Notes: generated by a model from the letters alone, not told the origin. A DNA stretch of 64,000 nucleotides from Candidatus Bathyarchaeota archaeon (GCA_963714275.1 CAVQNT010000006.1:470591-534590), one strand, 5' to 3'; shown: positions 9,135 to 20,888, counted from the first letter of the stretch. Program-made: numbers and translations.

Positions 9135-9654
9135 TTACTTTTGGCTCCTCCTCTTAGCTTCCTTCAACTTCACTATTTCACCTAAAGTCACGCCTTTGCT
9201 TGTCAGAACAGAAGGAAGAGGAACCTTAGGCACAACAAGCGGAACCAGCAGCTTAATTCCCAAAGTGTGCTCCATGCTTCTCTGAGACCTTTTGGTCCGG
9301 CACCATTTTCTCGTTTTCAATCTTCTTTAACACAGAAACTTTTTCAGCGATCTTTCTGCCTAAATCTTCGTGACTTAAACCCATCTTTTCTCTAGTTCGT
9401 CTGATGAGCGACCCATAGCCCTCAACTACAATGATGTCTTCAGAAACTGTTACGGTTCCTCTCTTTTTTATGAATGCGGTTTTTGCAGCAGAAACGTTCC
9501 CTGTTGCCACTGACCAACCGCGACTGGCGGGTTCAAGTTTCCATTCTCCTGAGCCTAGCTCGGCACATTTGTGACATGTTATCATTTTTGCTCTTTCGAT
9601 GATTACTCTGTGAGGTTCTCCGAGTATTTGGCGTCCACAAACCTCGCATTGCAT
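9135..9654 (-). CDS. Archaeal multiprotein-bridging factor aMBF1 (zinc ribbon + HTH), frame broken near 9276
   Basis: CEVCG...CHKC zinc ribbon and Cro/C1-type HTH (GLSHEDLGRKIAEKVSVLKKIENEK). The C-terminal LEHTLGIKLL... lies in a second frame (9135-9320). Confidence 0.8.
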
Positions 9655-9788
9655 GCTGGCACCACCATTGTTTTATTATCTCTCGTGTCTAACTTAAGCG
9701 TGACGCATGAAAAAGAATACACTAAAATTTTAAGAGCGATTCCGTAAAAATGGTTAATATTAAAACATTTGTGAAAGGTTCATTTTGA

Positions 9789-10289
9789 ATGTCTGAAAAA
9801 AAGTGCGAAATGTTGTGTAAGGTAAAAGCAATAGCTGACTACCAGTTCGGAAAAGGGGCAGGTGAAAGTCTCTTTCCTGAAGAAGTGTCCGTCATTATTT
9901 CCAAAAGAACCAAGAGAATTAGGCACGTGTATCTTGATAATAAACTTCTGGTTACGTTAAGACCTACAGTCGGTCTTTTTTCGTTGACGATTGAAGGAGC
10001 CCGAAGGCTTGCCTGTGACATGAAGCCCCTTCGACAATGGGTTCAGGTGCAAGATGACGTAGCATCTTTCATCAAGAAGGGAGGAGACGTGTTCGCCAAA
10101 CACGTAACAGACAATGATAACGAGATTCGACCGATGGAGGAAATAATAATTTTAGACGGAAAGCAAAGGGTCATCGCTGTTGGTAAAGCAGTGCTTTCGG
10201 GAGACGAGATGAATGCATTCAAAAAGGGGGTCGCAGTTAAAGTACGTAGAGGAGACTTGGAGAAAGTTAAAAAGCCTACGAAAAAATAG
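9789..10289 (+). CDS. PUA-domain RNA-binding protein
   Basis: ADYQFGKGAGESLFP...VQVQDDVASFIKKGGDVFAKHV...ILDGKQRVIAVGKAVLSGDEM...GVAVKVRRG is the typical N-terminal domain plus PUA arrangement. Confidence 0.7.
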   Translation: MSEKKCEMLCKVKAIADYQFGKGAGESLFPEEVSVIISKRTKRIRHVYLDNKLLVTLRPTVGLFSLTIEGARRLACDMKPLRQWVQVQDDVASFIKKGGDVFAKHVTDNDNEIRPMEEIIILDGKQRVIAVGKAVLSGDEMNAFKKGVAVKVRRGDLEKVKKPTKK

Positions 10290-10292
10290 TAT

Positions 10293-10654
10293 GTGGCAAG
10301 AGGAGTGTGTGAATTGAGGAAATTCAATCCTCGTGAAACAAGACGAATGATGCAACGTATGGGTTTAAACATGAACCAGTGGAAGTTGAGGAAGTCGTCT
10401 TTCGGACAAAAGACAAGGAAATACGGCTCGAAAACCCAGAAGTCGCTGTTCTCGAAATGCAGGGACAAAAAATCTTCCAAGTCACAGGCGGACACATGAC
10501 TGAGACATCTTTAGAAAAGAAACCCGCAATTCCCGATGAGGATGTGCAGCTTGTCGCCCAGCAAGCAAAAGTAACTCTTGAACGCGCACAAACCGCTCTT
10601 GAACAGACAAACGGCGATTTGGCGCAAGCAATTCTACTGTTAAGTCAAGGTTAA
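10293..10654 (+). CDS. nac: Nascent polypeptide-associated complex protein (NAC alpha homolog), frame broken near 10376
   Basis: NPRETRRMMQRMGLNMN (frame 1), then VEVEEVVFRTKDKEIRLENPEVAVLEMQGQKIFQVTG and a UBA-like C-terminus (frame 2). Confidence 0.85.
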
Positions 10655-11019
10655 TGAAGAAAGCATTGAGGACTTTTATTTATTCAGGATGCTAGTCGCA
10701 ATGATTTATGTTCTTTTGACCTTAACGGTTTTGTAATGTTCTCCAGTTATTCTGTATACGCTGAGTAGCCAGCCTTCCTTTTTCCTGCAACTTCCCGTAG
10801 CCCAAAAGTCTTTTTTCAATTTCGTCCAGACCTTAGCATTTTATGTATCTTTGGTCTGAACCGAAGGTTAATTGGCTTGTGAACCCTAGGTCCATACCTA
10901 AAATCCTAAAAAAATAATCCAAATCTGCGTGTGTTTTCAGTAAGATTTAATAAATGCAGTCTTGTGAATTGTTTTTGAAAAATTACTATGATTGAATGTG
11001 TATGAGGAGGAAGTGAAAA

Positions 11020-12658
11020 GTGGCATATTTGACATCAACTCCTGAAGGACAACCTGTCCTCATTCTGAAGGAAGGGACTTCTAGAAGCAGAGGAAAAGAA
11101 GCCCAAAAAAACAACATCACAGCTGCGTTGGCGGTTGCTGACACAATCAAAACTACTCTTGGTCCACGCGGAATGGATAAGATGCTCATCGACAGCATGG
11201 GCGACATAACTATAACCAATGATGGCGCCACGATACTGGACGAGATCGACGTGGGGCATCCAGCTGCAAAAATGATGGTTGAAATTGCTAAGACCCAGGA
11301 CGACATGGTCGGAGACGGCACAACAACAGTAGTAGTACTGTCAGGTGAACTGTTAAGGAAAGCGGAGGAACTTTTAGAACAGAACATTCATCCCACAGTG
11401 ATAGTCAGCGGCTATCGAAAAGCCGTTAAAAAGGCTATAGAGGTTCTTGAAAAAGTTGCCATTCCCGTAGATTTGGGTGACCGAGAGACTCTTAAGAAGG
11501 TTGCCATGACCTCGATGCGGAGCAAAGCTGTTAGCCCAGCCAGAGACTTTCTGGCAGAAATAGCGATCGACGCAGTGAATCACGTATCAGAGAAACGGGG
11601 AGACAGTATGCTGGCGGACATAGACAACATTCAGGTAGTGAAGAAAGAGGGCAAAAGCATTCTCGACACTATGCTGGTTATGGGAGTGATCCTCGACAAA
11701 GAGGTCGTTCACGCTGGTATGCCTAAACGCGTCGAAAAAGCAAAGATCGCATTGCTTAATGCCGCGTTAGAGATTAAAAAAACCGAGTTAAGTGCTGAAA
11801 TAAGGATTCGTGACCCCACCCAGATGAAAGCTTTTCTCGACAAGGAGACGAGTATGCTCAGTGGAATGGTTGAGAAGATCGCTGCAGCAGGGACAAACGT
11901 GCTAGTGTGCCAGAAGGGAATCGATGACATGGCTCAGCACTTCTTAGCGAAACACGGAGTTCTGGCTGTTCGAAGGGCAAAAGAATCTGATATGGAGAAA
12001 CTTTCGAGGGCTACTGGAGGAAAAGTGGTCACAAACATTGATGACCTTAAACCTGGAGACCTTGGACACGCTGTCCTTGTTGAGGAACGAAAAATTGGCG
12101 ACGACAAGATGGTCTTTGTGGAAGGATGCAAGGACCCGAAGTCTGTTTCTTTGCTTATTCGCGCAGGGCTCGAAAGGATGGTCGACGAAGCTGAAAGAGC
12201 CATGAAAGACGCGTTGTCCGTAGTCGCTGATGTGGTCGAAAAGAACAAAATTGTGGCTGGCGGCGGAGCAGTCGAAGCAGAGATCGCGAAAGAACTGCAC
12301 AGGTACGCCTCGAAGGTTGGAGGAAGAGAACAGATGGCTATCTCAGCCTTTGCAGACGCAATGGAAGTTATCCCGAAAGCCCTTTCAGACAATGCTGGCT
12401 TAGAATCCATAGATGTTCTAGTCAACTTGAGGGCAGCACATGAAAAACCTAAGGGACAGTTCATGGGGGTCGACGTGTTCTCAGGCAAGATCGTAGACAT
12501 GTACGAGGAAGGCGTGCTTGAACCTCTCAGCGTGAAAGAACATGCGGTGAAGTCCGCTGCTGAGGTAGACTTCGGTGATTCTCAGAATTGACGACATTGT
12601 GGCAGCTTCGAAGCCAAAGGAAAAGGGTCCAAGTAGTCTCCCAGAAGGAGAATACTAG
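11020..12658 (+). CDS. ths: Thermosome subunit (group II chaperonin), frame broken near 12557
   Basis: [25 protein letters not shown] and VAGGGA motifs. The expected C-terminus ...[17 protein letters not shown]... continues in another frame to TAG at 12656-12658. Confidence 0.95.
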
Positions 12659-13052
12659 ACAGCCACAACCTCTACTATTTTTATATCATCCATCATATTT
12701 TTAGCGACGTAGGAATCCTGAATGGTTGAGATCAAGGAAGTACTAACCGCAAAGACATAATTTGAAAGAATCGGGGCGCATAAACATGTCAAATGACTAG
12801 GCTTAAATAGCAAATTAGCGAGTGAGCTAAAACTCATGTACCATTAGTGTCTGGATTTATATTATTTGAATATAATTTGGAAATAAATCAATAATTTATT
12901 GAATTATTACGAGCATAGTTCATAGACTAAAAGCCAATCATGATAATTCTCCTTAGGGATTTTTTTCTTACTGGGTAAAAAATTTAAATCCGTGCTCAGA
13001 AACAGTGTAATTACATATTATGAGCATACGCTGTAAGGAGTGGTTTGTGAAC

Positions 13053-14033
13053 ATGAAGGCACGTATTGCCACAATTTGTCATGGAGGAAACTTCCACAAT
13101 ACCTTTGAGGAAAATCGCAAGCACGTTATGGGAGTCTTGGATCTCGCGCTTCGCCTGAAACCTGACTTGGTTTGTCTCCCTGAAGCCTTCACAACAGCCT
13201 CCGTGAGTGACAAGTCACTTACCGAATTTTTCGAGCCCGTCCCTGGTCCGACAACCGATGCTGTCGCGGAGAGAGCAAAGGAACACGGTTGTTACGTCAT
13301 TTGTCCCATCAAGGTACGGCGCGACTCGAAACTGTGGAACTCGGCGATTGTCATAGGCAGGTCAGGCGAGATTGTCGGCACATACGACAAGGTTCATCCA
13401 GTCACCAGTTCAAGCGACTACACGGTGTTTGAAGAAAGGATAACACCGGGAAGAGAGTTCCCCATTTTCGACTTGGACTTTGGACGAGTTGGAATCCAGA
13501 TTTGCTTCGACATCGGTTTCCCGGAGGGTTGGAACGAATTAGCCCAGAAGGGAGCCAAACTGGTTTTTTGGCCATCAGCGTATAATGGAGGGTTTCCGCT
13601 TCAGGTTTATGCGTGGCTGCACCACTATTATGTCGTGTCTTCGGTTTCCTCCGATAAATCCAGAATCATTGACCCTTGCGGAGTGATTCTTGCCGAAACG
13701 GATCAGCACGTGAACGTCGTCTGCCGCGACATTAACCTGGACTACGCCGTTTCGCATTATGATTTCAACTATAGCATCCCAGACAGAATCATGAAGGCTT
13801 ATCCAGACCGCGTGGAGGTGCGGTCTCATCTGGATGAAGGTCACTTTCTGTTGGAACCTGTCGATGACGCCATAACGACAAAGCAGCTTCAACAGGAATT
13901 TGGTTTCGAGTCCGTTTTCCAGTATTTTCAGCGGCACCGAGAAGCATACGAGTCAATTCACCGAGGAAAATTGCCTGTTCCTCAAAGGGCGCTGCACGGG
14001 GACAGACCTCAGTACTCAAAAGAAGACGAGTAG
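13053..14033 (+). CDS. Carbon-nitrogen hydrolase (nitrilase superfamily)
   Basis: Catalytic E-K-C context: CLPEAF, YDKVHP and QICFDIGFPE. ATG at 13053 follows a GGAGTG SD-like motif. Confidence 0.75.
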   Translation: MKARIATICHGGNFHNTFEENRKHVMGVLDLALRLKPDLVCLPEAFTTASVSDKSLTEFFEPVPGPTTDAVAERAKEHGCYVICPIKVRRDSKLWNSAIVIGRSGEIVGTYDKVHPVTSSSDYTVFEERITPGREFPIFDLDFGRVGIQICFDIGFPEGWNELAQKGAKLVFWPSAYNGGFPLQVYAWLHHYYVVSSVSSDKSRIIDPCGVILAETDQHVNVVCRDINLDYAVSHYDFNYSIPDRIMKAYPDRVEVRSHLDEGHFLLEPVDDAITTKQLQQEFGFESVFQYFQRHREAYESIHRGKLPVPQRALHGDRPQYSKEDE

Positions 14034-14129
14034 CTACGAAACGTGTAAAACTGATAAATTGATTGAAGGAAGCAAAGAACCTTTAACGACAACAATAAAA
14101 TATATTGCATATTACGTGACTAAATCCGT

Positions 14130-15384
14130 GTGAATGGTATGAAGACAATCGTTGAGGAAAGAAAGGAAACCGAGGTCGCTGCTGAAGTTGACGTGGTGGT
14201 AGCTGGCGGAGGACCAGCTGGCTTAGCAGCAGCAGTCGCAGCTGCCAGAAACGGGGCTGACACTATTCTGGTTGAACGTTACGGGTACCTCGGCGGACTG
14301 GCTACAGGAGGACTCGTCATATGTTTGGTCGAAACAGACAGGTATGGCTACGGGATATGCCAAGAAGTGATTGACGGTCTTTGCGATTTGAAAGCTGCAA
14401 AGTTGAACAGAGCCAGTGGCGAAACGCCTCGTTGGGTGGAAGGAGCTAGTTTCAGTGGCGAGGAATCTTGGAGCTTTGACCCTCAAGCTTTAAAATACGT
14501 GGCAGACAAGATGGTGACCGAATCTGGTGCAGACCTTCTGTTTCATTCATATGTTGCTACTTCTGTCGTGAAGGAGAAGAAGGTTCAAGGATTAATTGTT
14601 GAAGGGAAATCTGGAAGACAGGCTATTTTAGGCAAGGTTGTAGTAGACACAACTGGAGACGCTGATGTAGCAGCAGCCTCTGGTGCCCCCTTCAATCTGG
14701 ACAGGCATCCATGGGGGATAAACCTCGAATGTAGAATCGGTAATGTCGATATTGAAAAAGCCCTTGAATGGAAAAGAGAGAACCAAAAGACTTTCGAAAA
14801 GCTCATGAAGGAACTTGGAAAGGACGTCGGAATCATAGGCTGGGGAGGAGATGTCAACAGGGGCATTGTTTGGAGTCACGGTCCACACTCCTATGAAGCT
14901 GATGGATTGAATACTAAGCACCTATCAAAGATCGAAATAGATTCAAGAAAGAAGATTATTGAAGCCCTAAAGTTTTACAGAAAAAATGTGTCTGGATTCG
15001 AAGCAGACTTTCGTGTTAGAGTTTGCTCCCCAAATCGGCGTACGCGAAACACGTCGCATAATGGGAGAGTATACTCTAACTAAAGAAGATGCGGTTGCTG
15101 GAAGAATATTCGACGATGCGGTCGCAAACGGACCATTCGGCATTCCTTACCGATGCTTGGTTCCCAGAGAAGTTGACGGACTCCTAGTGGCAGGAAGGTG
15201 CATATCCACAACGCATGAAGCCCAAGGTATCATAAGGAACATCCCACCTTGCCTCATAACTGGCCAAGCAGCAGGCACAGCCGCAGCCCTCGCAGCTAAA
15301 AAAGGTGTCAAACCCCGAAAACTGGATGTCCGCCTTTTGAGAGAAGCCCTTAAAAAACAGGGCGTTAAGATAAAGGCTTCATGA
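14130..15384 (+). CDS. FAD-dependent oxidoreductase (FAD_oxidored-like), frame broken near 15010
   Basis: VVVAGGGPAGLAAAVAAARNGADTILVERYGYLGG dinucleotide-binding motif. The C-terminal GVRETRRIMGEY...LVAGRCIS...GQAAGTAAALA lies in a second frame. Confidence 0.75.
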
Positions 15385-15447
15385 AATACGTATGTTTGAT
15401 TCCCCGATTGTTATTGTTTATATGATCTCTTATGCTCATTGAAAGTC

Positions 15448-15897
15448 ATGCCAGCATTCGATAAACGCAAAAAAGCTGCCATCAGTTGGGCTTTAAGCAG
15501 GCTCGAATCGACCGAATACAGAATTTAGTGTTTGGGCTTTGTTGAAGACGCCTACGAGAAGGGTGCAGGCGTAGAATTCGCAGGATTCTACTTTGCTAAG
15601 GAGGCAGCAGACAAACTCGACGCTGGACGAAACACGGGTATTCCCACTCTTGGAGCCTTTGTTTTCTACGATTGTTGGGGAACCATAAACGGAAAATACC
15701 GTAACTGGGGGCATGTTGGACTGTCGATTGGTGAAGGAAAGGTGGTTCACGCTTGGGACAAGGTTCGTGTCGACAATTACTTAGATGTTCAGAACCTGCA
15801 AGCAGCAGAAGGATGGACAAATCCCCAGTATGTTGGGTGGGCTCCAGTAGAGGAGTATCCACGCGCCAAAAAACATGACAAAAATTCAAACAAGTAA
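15448..15897 (+). pseudogene. NlpC/P60-type cysteine peptidase interrupted by an in-frame TAG at 15526-15528
   Basis: MPAFDKRKKAAISWALSRLESTEYRI-TAG-CLGFVEDAYEKG...GAFVFYD...GHVGLSIGEGKVVHA. The conserved catalytic Cys codon is the first codon after the TAG, in the same frame as the upstream ATG. Confidence 0.55.
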
Positions 15898-15906
15898 TAC
15901 GAGTTT

Positions 15907-16689
15907 CTACAGGTTTTTCTTTAGTGGGCAGTTCATTGTCACTCTCAGCATTTCCGCGTAATAGTCTTTTCCGGACTTTGCTTTGAGCGGACGTTCGAGC
16001 CTGAAGTCTGCTTCGACGTTTGCTTCTCTGCAGACTTCTCGTAAGGGACAGACATGGCAACGAACGACCCGTGAAACCTGCGTGCTAGTTATGACGGGAA
16101 TGGGCTTCGCAGGCGCAGCAAGCATTGTTTCTTCTTGGGTATTGAAGGACTTTAGAAGGAATATGAGTATGGTTAAGCCCATGAGGAAGTCGCCTACTTT
16201 AACATAAAAAGTCGATGCCGTCACAAGAAACCAATTGCTGAGCGTCGCCCCTTGAAGATAGGCTAACACAAAACTAGCAACGAAAAAAGTCAGTAATGCA
16301 AATGACGCGAACTTAAAAATTTTTTCACGGAGTCTCCAAATGCTGAATAATGCTATGAGCCCAAGGACCATCAAGCCCAGATTAATGATTGCCCCAAGAA
16401 TGCTGGGTAATGAAGCCGAGGTGAGACTTAAAATCTGCTGGACAATTGTAGAGACTCTAAATCCCGTTGAGGTTGCCCTAACTGTGCCCCAGTATCCGCC
16501 AAAAGCGAACGTTTGGGTTCCAGCTTGGTTTATCTGAAACCACCCAACTGCTAAGGCGACAACGAGGAGAATGGCCCCTATCTTAAGCCACATGTTTAAC
16601 TTTTTTTCCTGCAAGGGCATTGTTGACCTGTGGGCGAATTGTTCGCTCAATTTTACTGCTCCTTTTATGGTTTGTATTTTAGGTAGCAT
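15907..16689 (-). CDS. Multi-pass membrane protein with C-terminal Cys cluster
   Basis: Several hydrophobic segments. C-terminus is CHVCPLREVC...NCP. No family recognised. Confidence 0.5.
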   Translation of the reverse strand: MLPKIQTIKGAVKLSEQFAHRSTMPLQEKKLNMWLKIGAILLVVALAVGWFQINQAGTQTFAFGGYWGTVRATSTGFRVSTIVQQILSLTSASLPSILGAIINLGLMVLGLIALFSIWRLREKIFKFASFALLTFFVASFVLAYLQGATLSNWFLVTASTFYVKVGDFLMGLTILIFLLKSFNTQEETMLAAPAKPIPVITSTQVSRVVRCHVCPLREVCREANVEADFRLERPLKAKSGKDYYAEMLRVTMNCPLKKNL

Positions 16690-16704
16690 TCGGATTTAAG
16701 CCTA

Positions 16705-17865
16705 ATGAGTTTCCCGAAAAACATTAAATATTGTGCGGTCCTATCTTCCTTTTGTTTCCCGTTAAAGGCACAGTCTGGTGTTCAGCGAGCATTGAAAACA
16801 TGCATTACGTATCATGAAAAGTTTCAGCAGTATGACCTAGGAGCCAACCATCCCTTCAGAGGTGACCGTTTTGTCAAGGCGAAGGTTTTTTTTGACGAAA
16901 AAGGATTGATGCAGTCACCGGACACCATGCTCATTCATCCCAACCCGATAGAACGAACAGGATTACTTAAGGTGCACACGGAGGAATACGTGGACCTCAT
17001 TTACCGTCTGGCTGAACTGGGCAAACCATACGACATTGACACTCCTGTCTCCAAAAACATCGTTGAGGGACTAACTTACATCATCGGCGGAGTAGTCGAG
17101 GCGGGAACAGTTCTTTTTGAAGGCAAAGCTGACCGAGCTGTTGCTTTAGGAGGAGGCTTTCACCATGCGGGCAAGGATTATGGTGGCGGATTCTGCCTTT
17201 TCAACGATATCGCAGTTTTGGTTGAGCATCTCCGCGAAAAATTTAATCTACGCCGTTTTCTCGTCTTGGATTATGATGTGCATTTCGGGAACGGCACAAG
17301 CGACATTTACTATAAAGATCCATGCGTGCTTTTCATCTCGTTGCATCAGGACCCTCACACGATCTTTCCGGGAAGAGGATTCGTCAATGAAATCGGCGAA
17401 GGAGAAGGAGAGGGCTTCAACGTCAATGTCCCACTTCCCATGAGGACAGGTGAACAGGCATACCTCTACGCGCTGAGAGACGTTTTTCCTCTGCTTGCTG
17501 AGGAGTTTAAGCCCGACATCATCATAGCGAATGGTGGAAGCGATGCTCACTTCGCTGACCACTTGGGCAGTCTCGGATTGACAGCTAAGGGATTCTTCGA
17601 GATATCCAGAATCATATCTGAAGTCTCAAAAAAGGTATGCAGCGGGAAAACCATTCTACTAATTACGAGTGGCTACAACATCTCAGTTTTGCCATATTCT
17701 TGGTATGCTTTAGCATCTGGGATCGCTGAATACGAGCTTAATAAAGATGCGATTGAGGACTATTACCCTGCACCTCGTGACCCGTACCAGAACCAACGCG
17801 AGGTCGAAGCGATAGTGAAGGAGCTTAAAGGGATTTTGAAACAGTATTGGAACTGTTTTCGGTGA
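16705..17865 (+). CDS. Histone deacetylase / acetoin-utilisation (HDAC/AcuC) family deacetylase
   Basis: GGGFHHA, FCLFNDIAV, DYDVHFGNGT. The start codon is uncertain. Confidence 0.85.
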   Translation: MSFPKNIKYCAVLSSFCFPLKAQSGVQRALKTCITYHEKFQQYDLGANHPFRGDRFVKAKVFFDEKGLMQSPDTMLIHPNPIERTGLLKVHTEEYVDLIYRLAELGKPYDIDTPVSKNIVEGLTYIIGGVVEAGTVLFEGKADRAVALGGGFHHAGKDYGGGFCLFNDIAVLVEHLREKFNLRRFLVLDYDVHFGNGTSDIYYKDPCVLFISLHQDPHTIFPGRGFVNEIGEGEGEGFNVNVPLPMRTGEQAYLYALRDVFPLLAEEFKPDIIIANGGSDAHFADHLGSLGLTAKGFFEISRIISEVSKKVCSGKTILLITSGYNISVLPYSWYALASGIAEYELNKDAIEDYYPAPRDPYQNQREVEAIVKELKGILKQYWNCFR

Positions 17866-17883
17866 AGCACAATCAATCATTGC

Positions 17884-18456
17884 CTATAAATATTTCACCA
17901 GTTTCAATGTCTCTCTGAATTCTGGTGTTCCCGCCTTCTTGAGTAATTCGTAAATGAGCATCTCGGCTGAAACGACCGTTACTCCGCTTTGTCTCATCCG
18001 CTGGATTGCTGTGGCTTTGTCTTCTAGTTTCCTCGAAGACGTCGCATCCTCGACAATGCACATTCTGAAGCCATTTTCTAATCCCTCAATAGCAGTCTGG
18101 GTTACGCAAATGTGTGTCTCTATTCCCGATAGTATGAGCGTCTTAACTTGGATTCTTGTAAAGGTTTCTCTGAATTTCTGTGAGCCGAAGCAGCTGAACT
18201 CTAGTTTCTCTATGGGCTGAAGATTTGGGACAAGTCCCTTAATTTGGGGTATCGTCTGCCCTAAGCCCTTTGGGTATTGTTCAGTCAAAATTACGGGAAT
18301 TTTCATGATATGTGCAAACTGTATGAGCTTAACCAGATTCTCTGTGAGTTTTTCTTTTTCAGCCATATGAGCGAAAAGTTTTTCTTGGACATCAATTACG
18401 ACTAGGGCTGCTGCTTCCTTAGAAACCAATCCTGTCCTCATTTTCGCCTTCACCAA
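17884..18456 (-). CDS. Isochorismatase-family cysteine hydrolase
   Basis: ALVVIDVQEKLF and LILSGIETHICVTQTA (catalytic Cys context). Confidence 0.8.
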   Translation of the reverse strand: MVKAKMRTGLVSKEAAALVVIDVQEKLFAHMAEKEKLTENLVKLIQFAHIMKIPVILTEQYPKGLGQTIPQIKGLVPNLQPIEKLEFSCFGSQKFRETFTRIQVKTLILSGIETHICVTQTAIEGLENGFRMCIVEDATSSRKLEDKATAIQRMRQSGVTVVSAEMLIYELLKKAGTPEFRETLKLVKYL

Positions 18457-18652
18457 TAATCAGCATATACATAATTATCTACTACAATTGTCTCATTAAA
18501 GCCTATTCAACACTTCATCATTCTTTTTCAAATACTCAAAAATTCCGTGTGCATAAAGAATGGCACCCATTCAAGACACAGTGGCACGATGTAAAATGAC
18601 TTGTTTAGAAAACTTATATACTCATGTTCTCCACGAGTCTTTTGTGAGATAG

Positions 18653-19201
18653 ATGGATTTAGACCAAGCGCTCAGGGGAAGAAGAAGCGTTCGGGACTAC
18701 CTTGACAAAAGCGTCCTAGAAAATCTTGTAAGACAAATAATCGAGGCTGCCACCTTGGCTCCTTCAGCGAAGAACGGTCAGCAATGGCGGTTCATGGTGC
18801 TCACGGACAACGCGAAAAAGGAGTTAACTGACCTCTTCAGGCGTGAACTGGAAAAGGTTTCAGAAAGAATCGGACGCGAAAAGATGGGTTCTTCTTTCTC
18901 GTCATGCAGCATAATGGAAAAGGCGCCAGTCGTGATAATGGTTTGGAACGCTGGAGAAAAAGGCTGGGAAACCGAAGTTCACAGCGTAGCAGCCGCAATT
19001 CAGAACATGCTGCTTAAAGCCCATGATTTAGGATTAGGCACAGTATGGATCGGCGGCATCTTCTACACGATCAAAGCCTTAGAACGTCAAATCCGAAAGC
19101 ATTGGAAGCTGACAGCAGCTGTAGCACTCGGATGGCCAGCCAAAAGTCCGAAGATGCCCTTAAGAAAAACAGTTGACGAAGTCGCCGAGTTTCTAAGCTA
19201 A
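18653..19201 (+). CDS. Nitroreductase family protein
   Basis: RRSVRDY, APSAKNGQQWRF, GLGTVWIGG. Confidence 0.8.
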   Translation: MDLDQALRGRRSVRDYLDKSVLENLVRQIIEAATLAPSAKNGQQWRFMVLTDNAKKELTDLFRRELEKVSERIGREKMGSSFSSCSIMEKAPVVIMVWNAGEKGWETEVHSVAAAIQNMLLKAHDLGLGTVWIGGIFYTIKALERQIRKHWKLTAAVALGWPAKSPKMPLRKTVDEVAEFLS

Positions 19202-19662
19202 CATCCATCCTATTTCTATATGAATGTATGGTCAAGCGTTCCTGTTAAGTATGTTCTGTTCATCAACTGAATCTGCATTTTAAATAACACACAACATTGC
19301 CCAGACTCGTTCTATTTCATGGCGCACTTGCTCTGTTGTTTTAGGCACAAACATAGATAACATGTCTATTTCGTAACTTGCAAAGATTTTTATTTATACA
19401 GCAATATTTTATTAGAAAAAATCTATATAATTTTCTGTCTCATTCGCTTCATTTCCGAATGTGATGATCTCTTTCAAAAGAAGTTTAGGGAGTGAGAGTT
19501 AAAGAATGATAGTAGAGAAAAGACAGTCAATTGAAATCTTAATTAATGAAGAAGCTCTTATTATTCGCTAGGTATCTAAGAAACGAAAAAAATATATGGC
19601 TTCCTAGAATTCCATAGGACATTAGCACACGCTAATTAGAACATGGGGCTGGATTTGATTTA

Positions 19663-20888
19663 ATGAAAAAAGAGAAACTACTCGAAAAAATAACCAATCA
19701 ATATCTCGGATCCAGAGATTTCAATGGATTACCTCTTTCTGTTTTCAAATCTGAGAAGGAGAACATTATAGCCCTAGTACGCGAGGGTAAGATCGAAATC
19801 ATTTCGGGACAAGCATCCTAATCCACATATAAAAGCCTTTGAACTGGACGACAAGGATGCACAAATCCTCAAAATCGAGAGCATCGGGTTCGAATATGCC
19901 TGCGCATATCCAACAAAAGAGCATCTTAAAAGAGTGGTTAACATCGACGAATTCAAAGACAGACCGTTCACTTTAAAAATTGCGTTGGGAGAACCCGTGC
20001 TAAACTACGCTGTCTTTGATCTGAGCATCCTAAGAATCTTACAGAAACGATCCCCGTTACATCTATTCTATTGATGACATACAAGGGTGGATTTCCGTTT
20101 CCGATGAGTATTACCAATCTTTGAAGATGAAACCTTCAGACAAGATTGTGCTCCAGTCTTTCGGCTTCTGCTTCGAGAAAGGTACTATGAATCGTGCTGT
20201 CGCTGTTTTTTACAGATATTTGGCGAATTTGACCCCAGAACACCAACAAATATGGAGTAGCAAAATCCTAACAGGAGAATATTTCTTGCATCCTGATTAC
20301 GCAAGGAGTTCGGGGGGAATTTCTATGAAAAAGAGTCTATATTTGTTGCCTTTGTTGAAGAACTGCATACAATCAACGAGTTTTCGAAATTGATGGGATC
20401 GTCCTATCCTTTTCCATGAGAGTTACAGAGAAAATAAACCAAAGGAATTTGGCTTCTTGATTCGCCCCACTCTCAAAGAGTTCAACTCGTTTATTCATTT
20501 GCTAGACAAGATGATTTCTGAGAATGTTAACAAGGATTTCTTCCAACATGAAATACCTTACGAGACAGAAACAAAAAGATCTGATGGCAGAATAATTGTC
20601 AAAGAAAAAGGAACAATTGCCTTGCTTAAAGAATGGCTAGGGATTAAAGTCAAAACACCAGACCCAAAACCTATAGATGAAATGATTCAGACTTTTCTAA
20701 AGATTAGAAAAATGAGAATGAAGCCAGCTCACAAAGTGGATGAGGATAGATTTGAACAAGAATATTTGAAAGAACAAAGAAAACTCATAATTGAAGCATA
20801 TTATGCAATTAGAACGCTGAGACTTATTTTTGCAAATCATCCTAAAACGAAATCTTATGTAATGCCAGAATGGCTATTCAAAGGATGA
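19663..20888 (+). pseudogene. Degraded gene of about 400 aa and unknown family, split over at least 5 frame segments
   Basis: A continuous protein can be read only by switching frames near 19815, 20060, 20330 and 20400 (MKKEKLLEKITNQYLG... / HPNPHIKAFELDD... / ...SIDDIQGWISVSDEYYQSL... / ...FYEKESIFVAFVEELHTINEFSKLMG / ...LIRPTLKEFNSFIHLLDKM...MKPAHKVDEDRF...). Confidence 0.55.

Noticed and set aside
10986-12500. Antisense ORFs within the thermosome gene (10986-11387, 11934-12500, 11944-12300 and others)
   Set aside because: These are shadow ORFs opposite a strongly conserved gene, with low-complexity Ser/Ala-rich translations. The same applies to antisense ORFs in glyS, hflX, xylB, pgi, the kinase and the GH genes.
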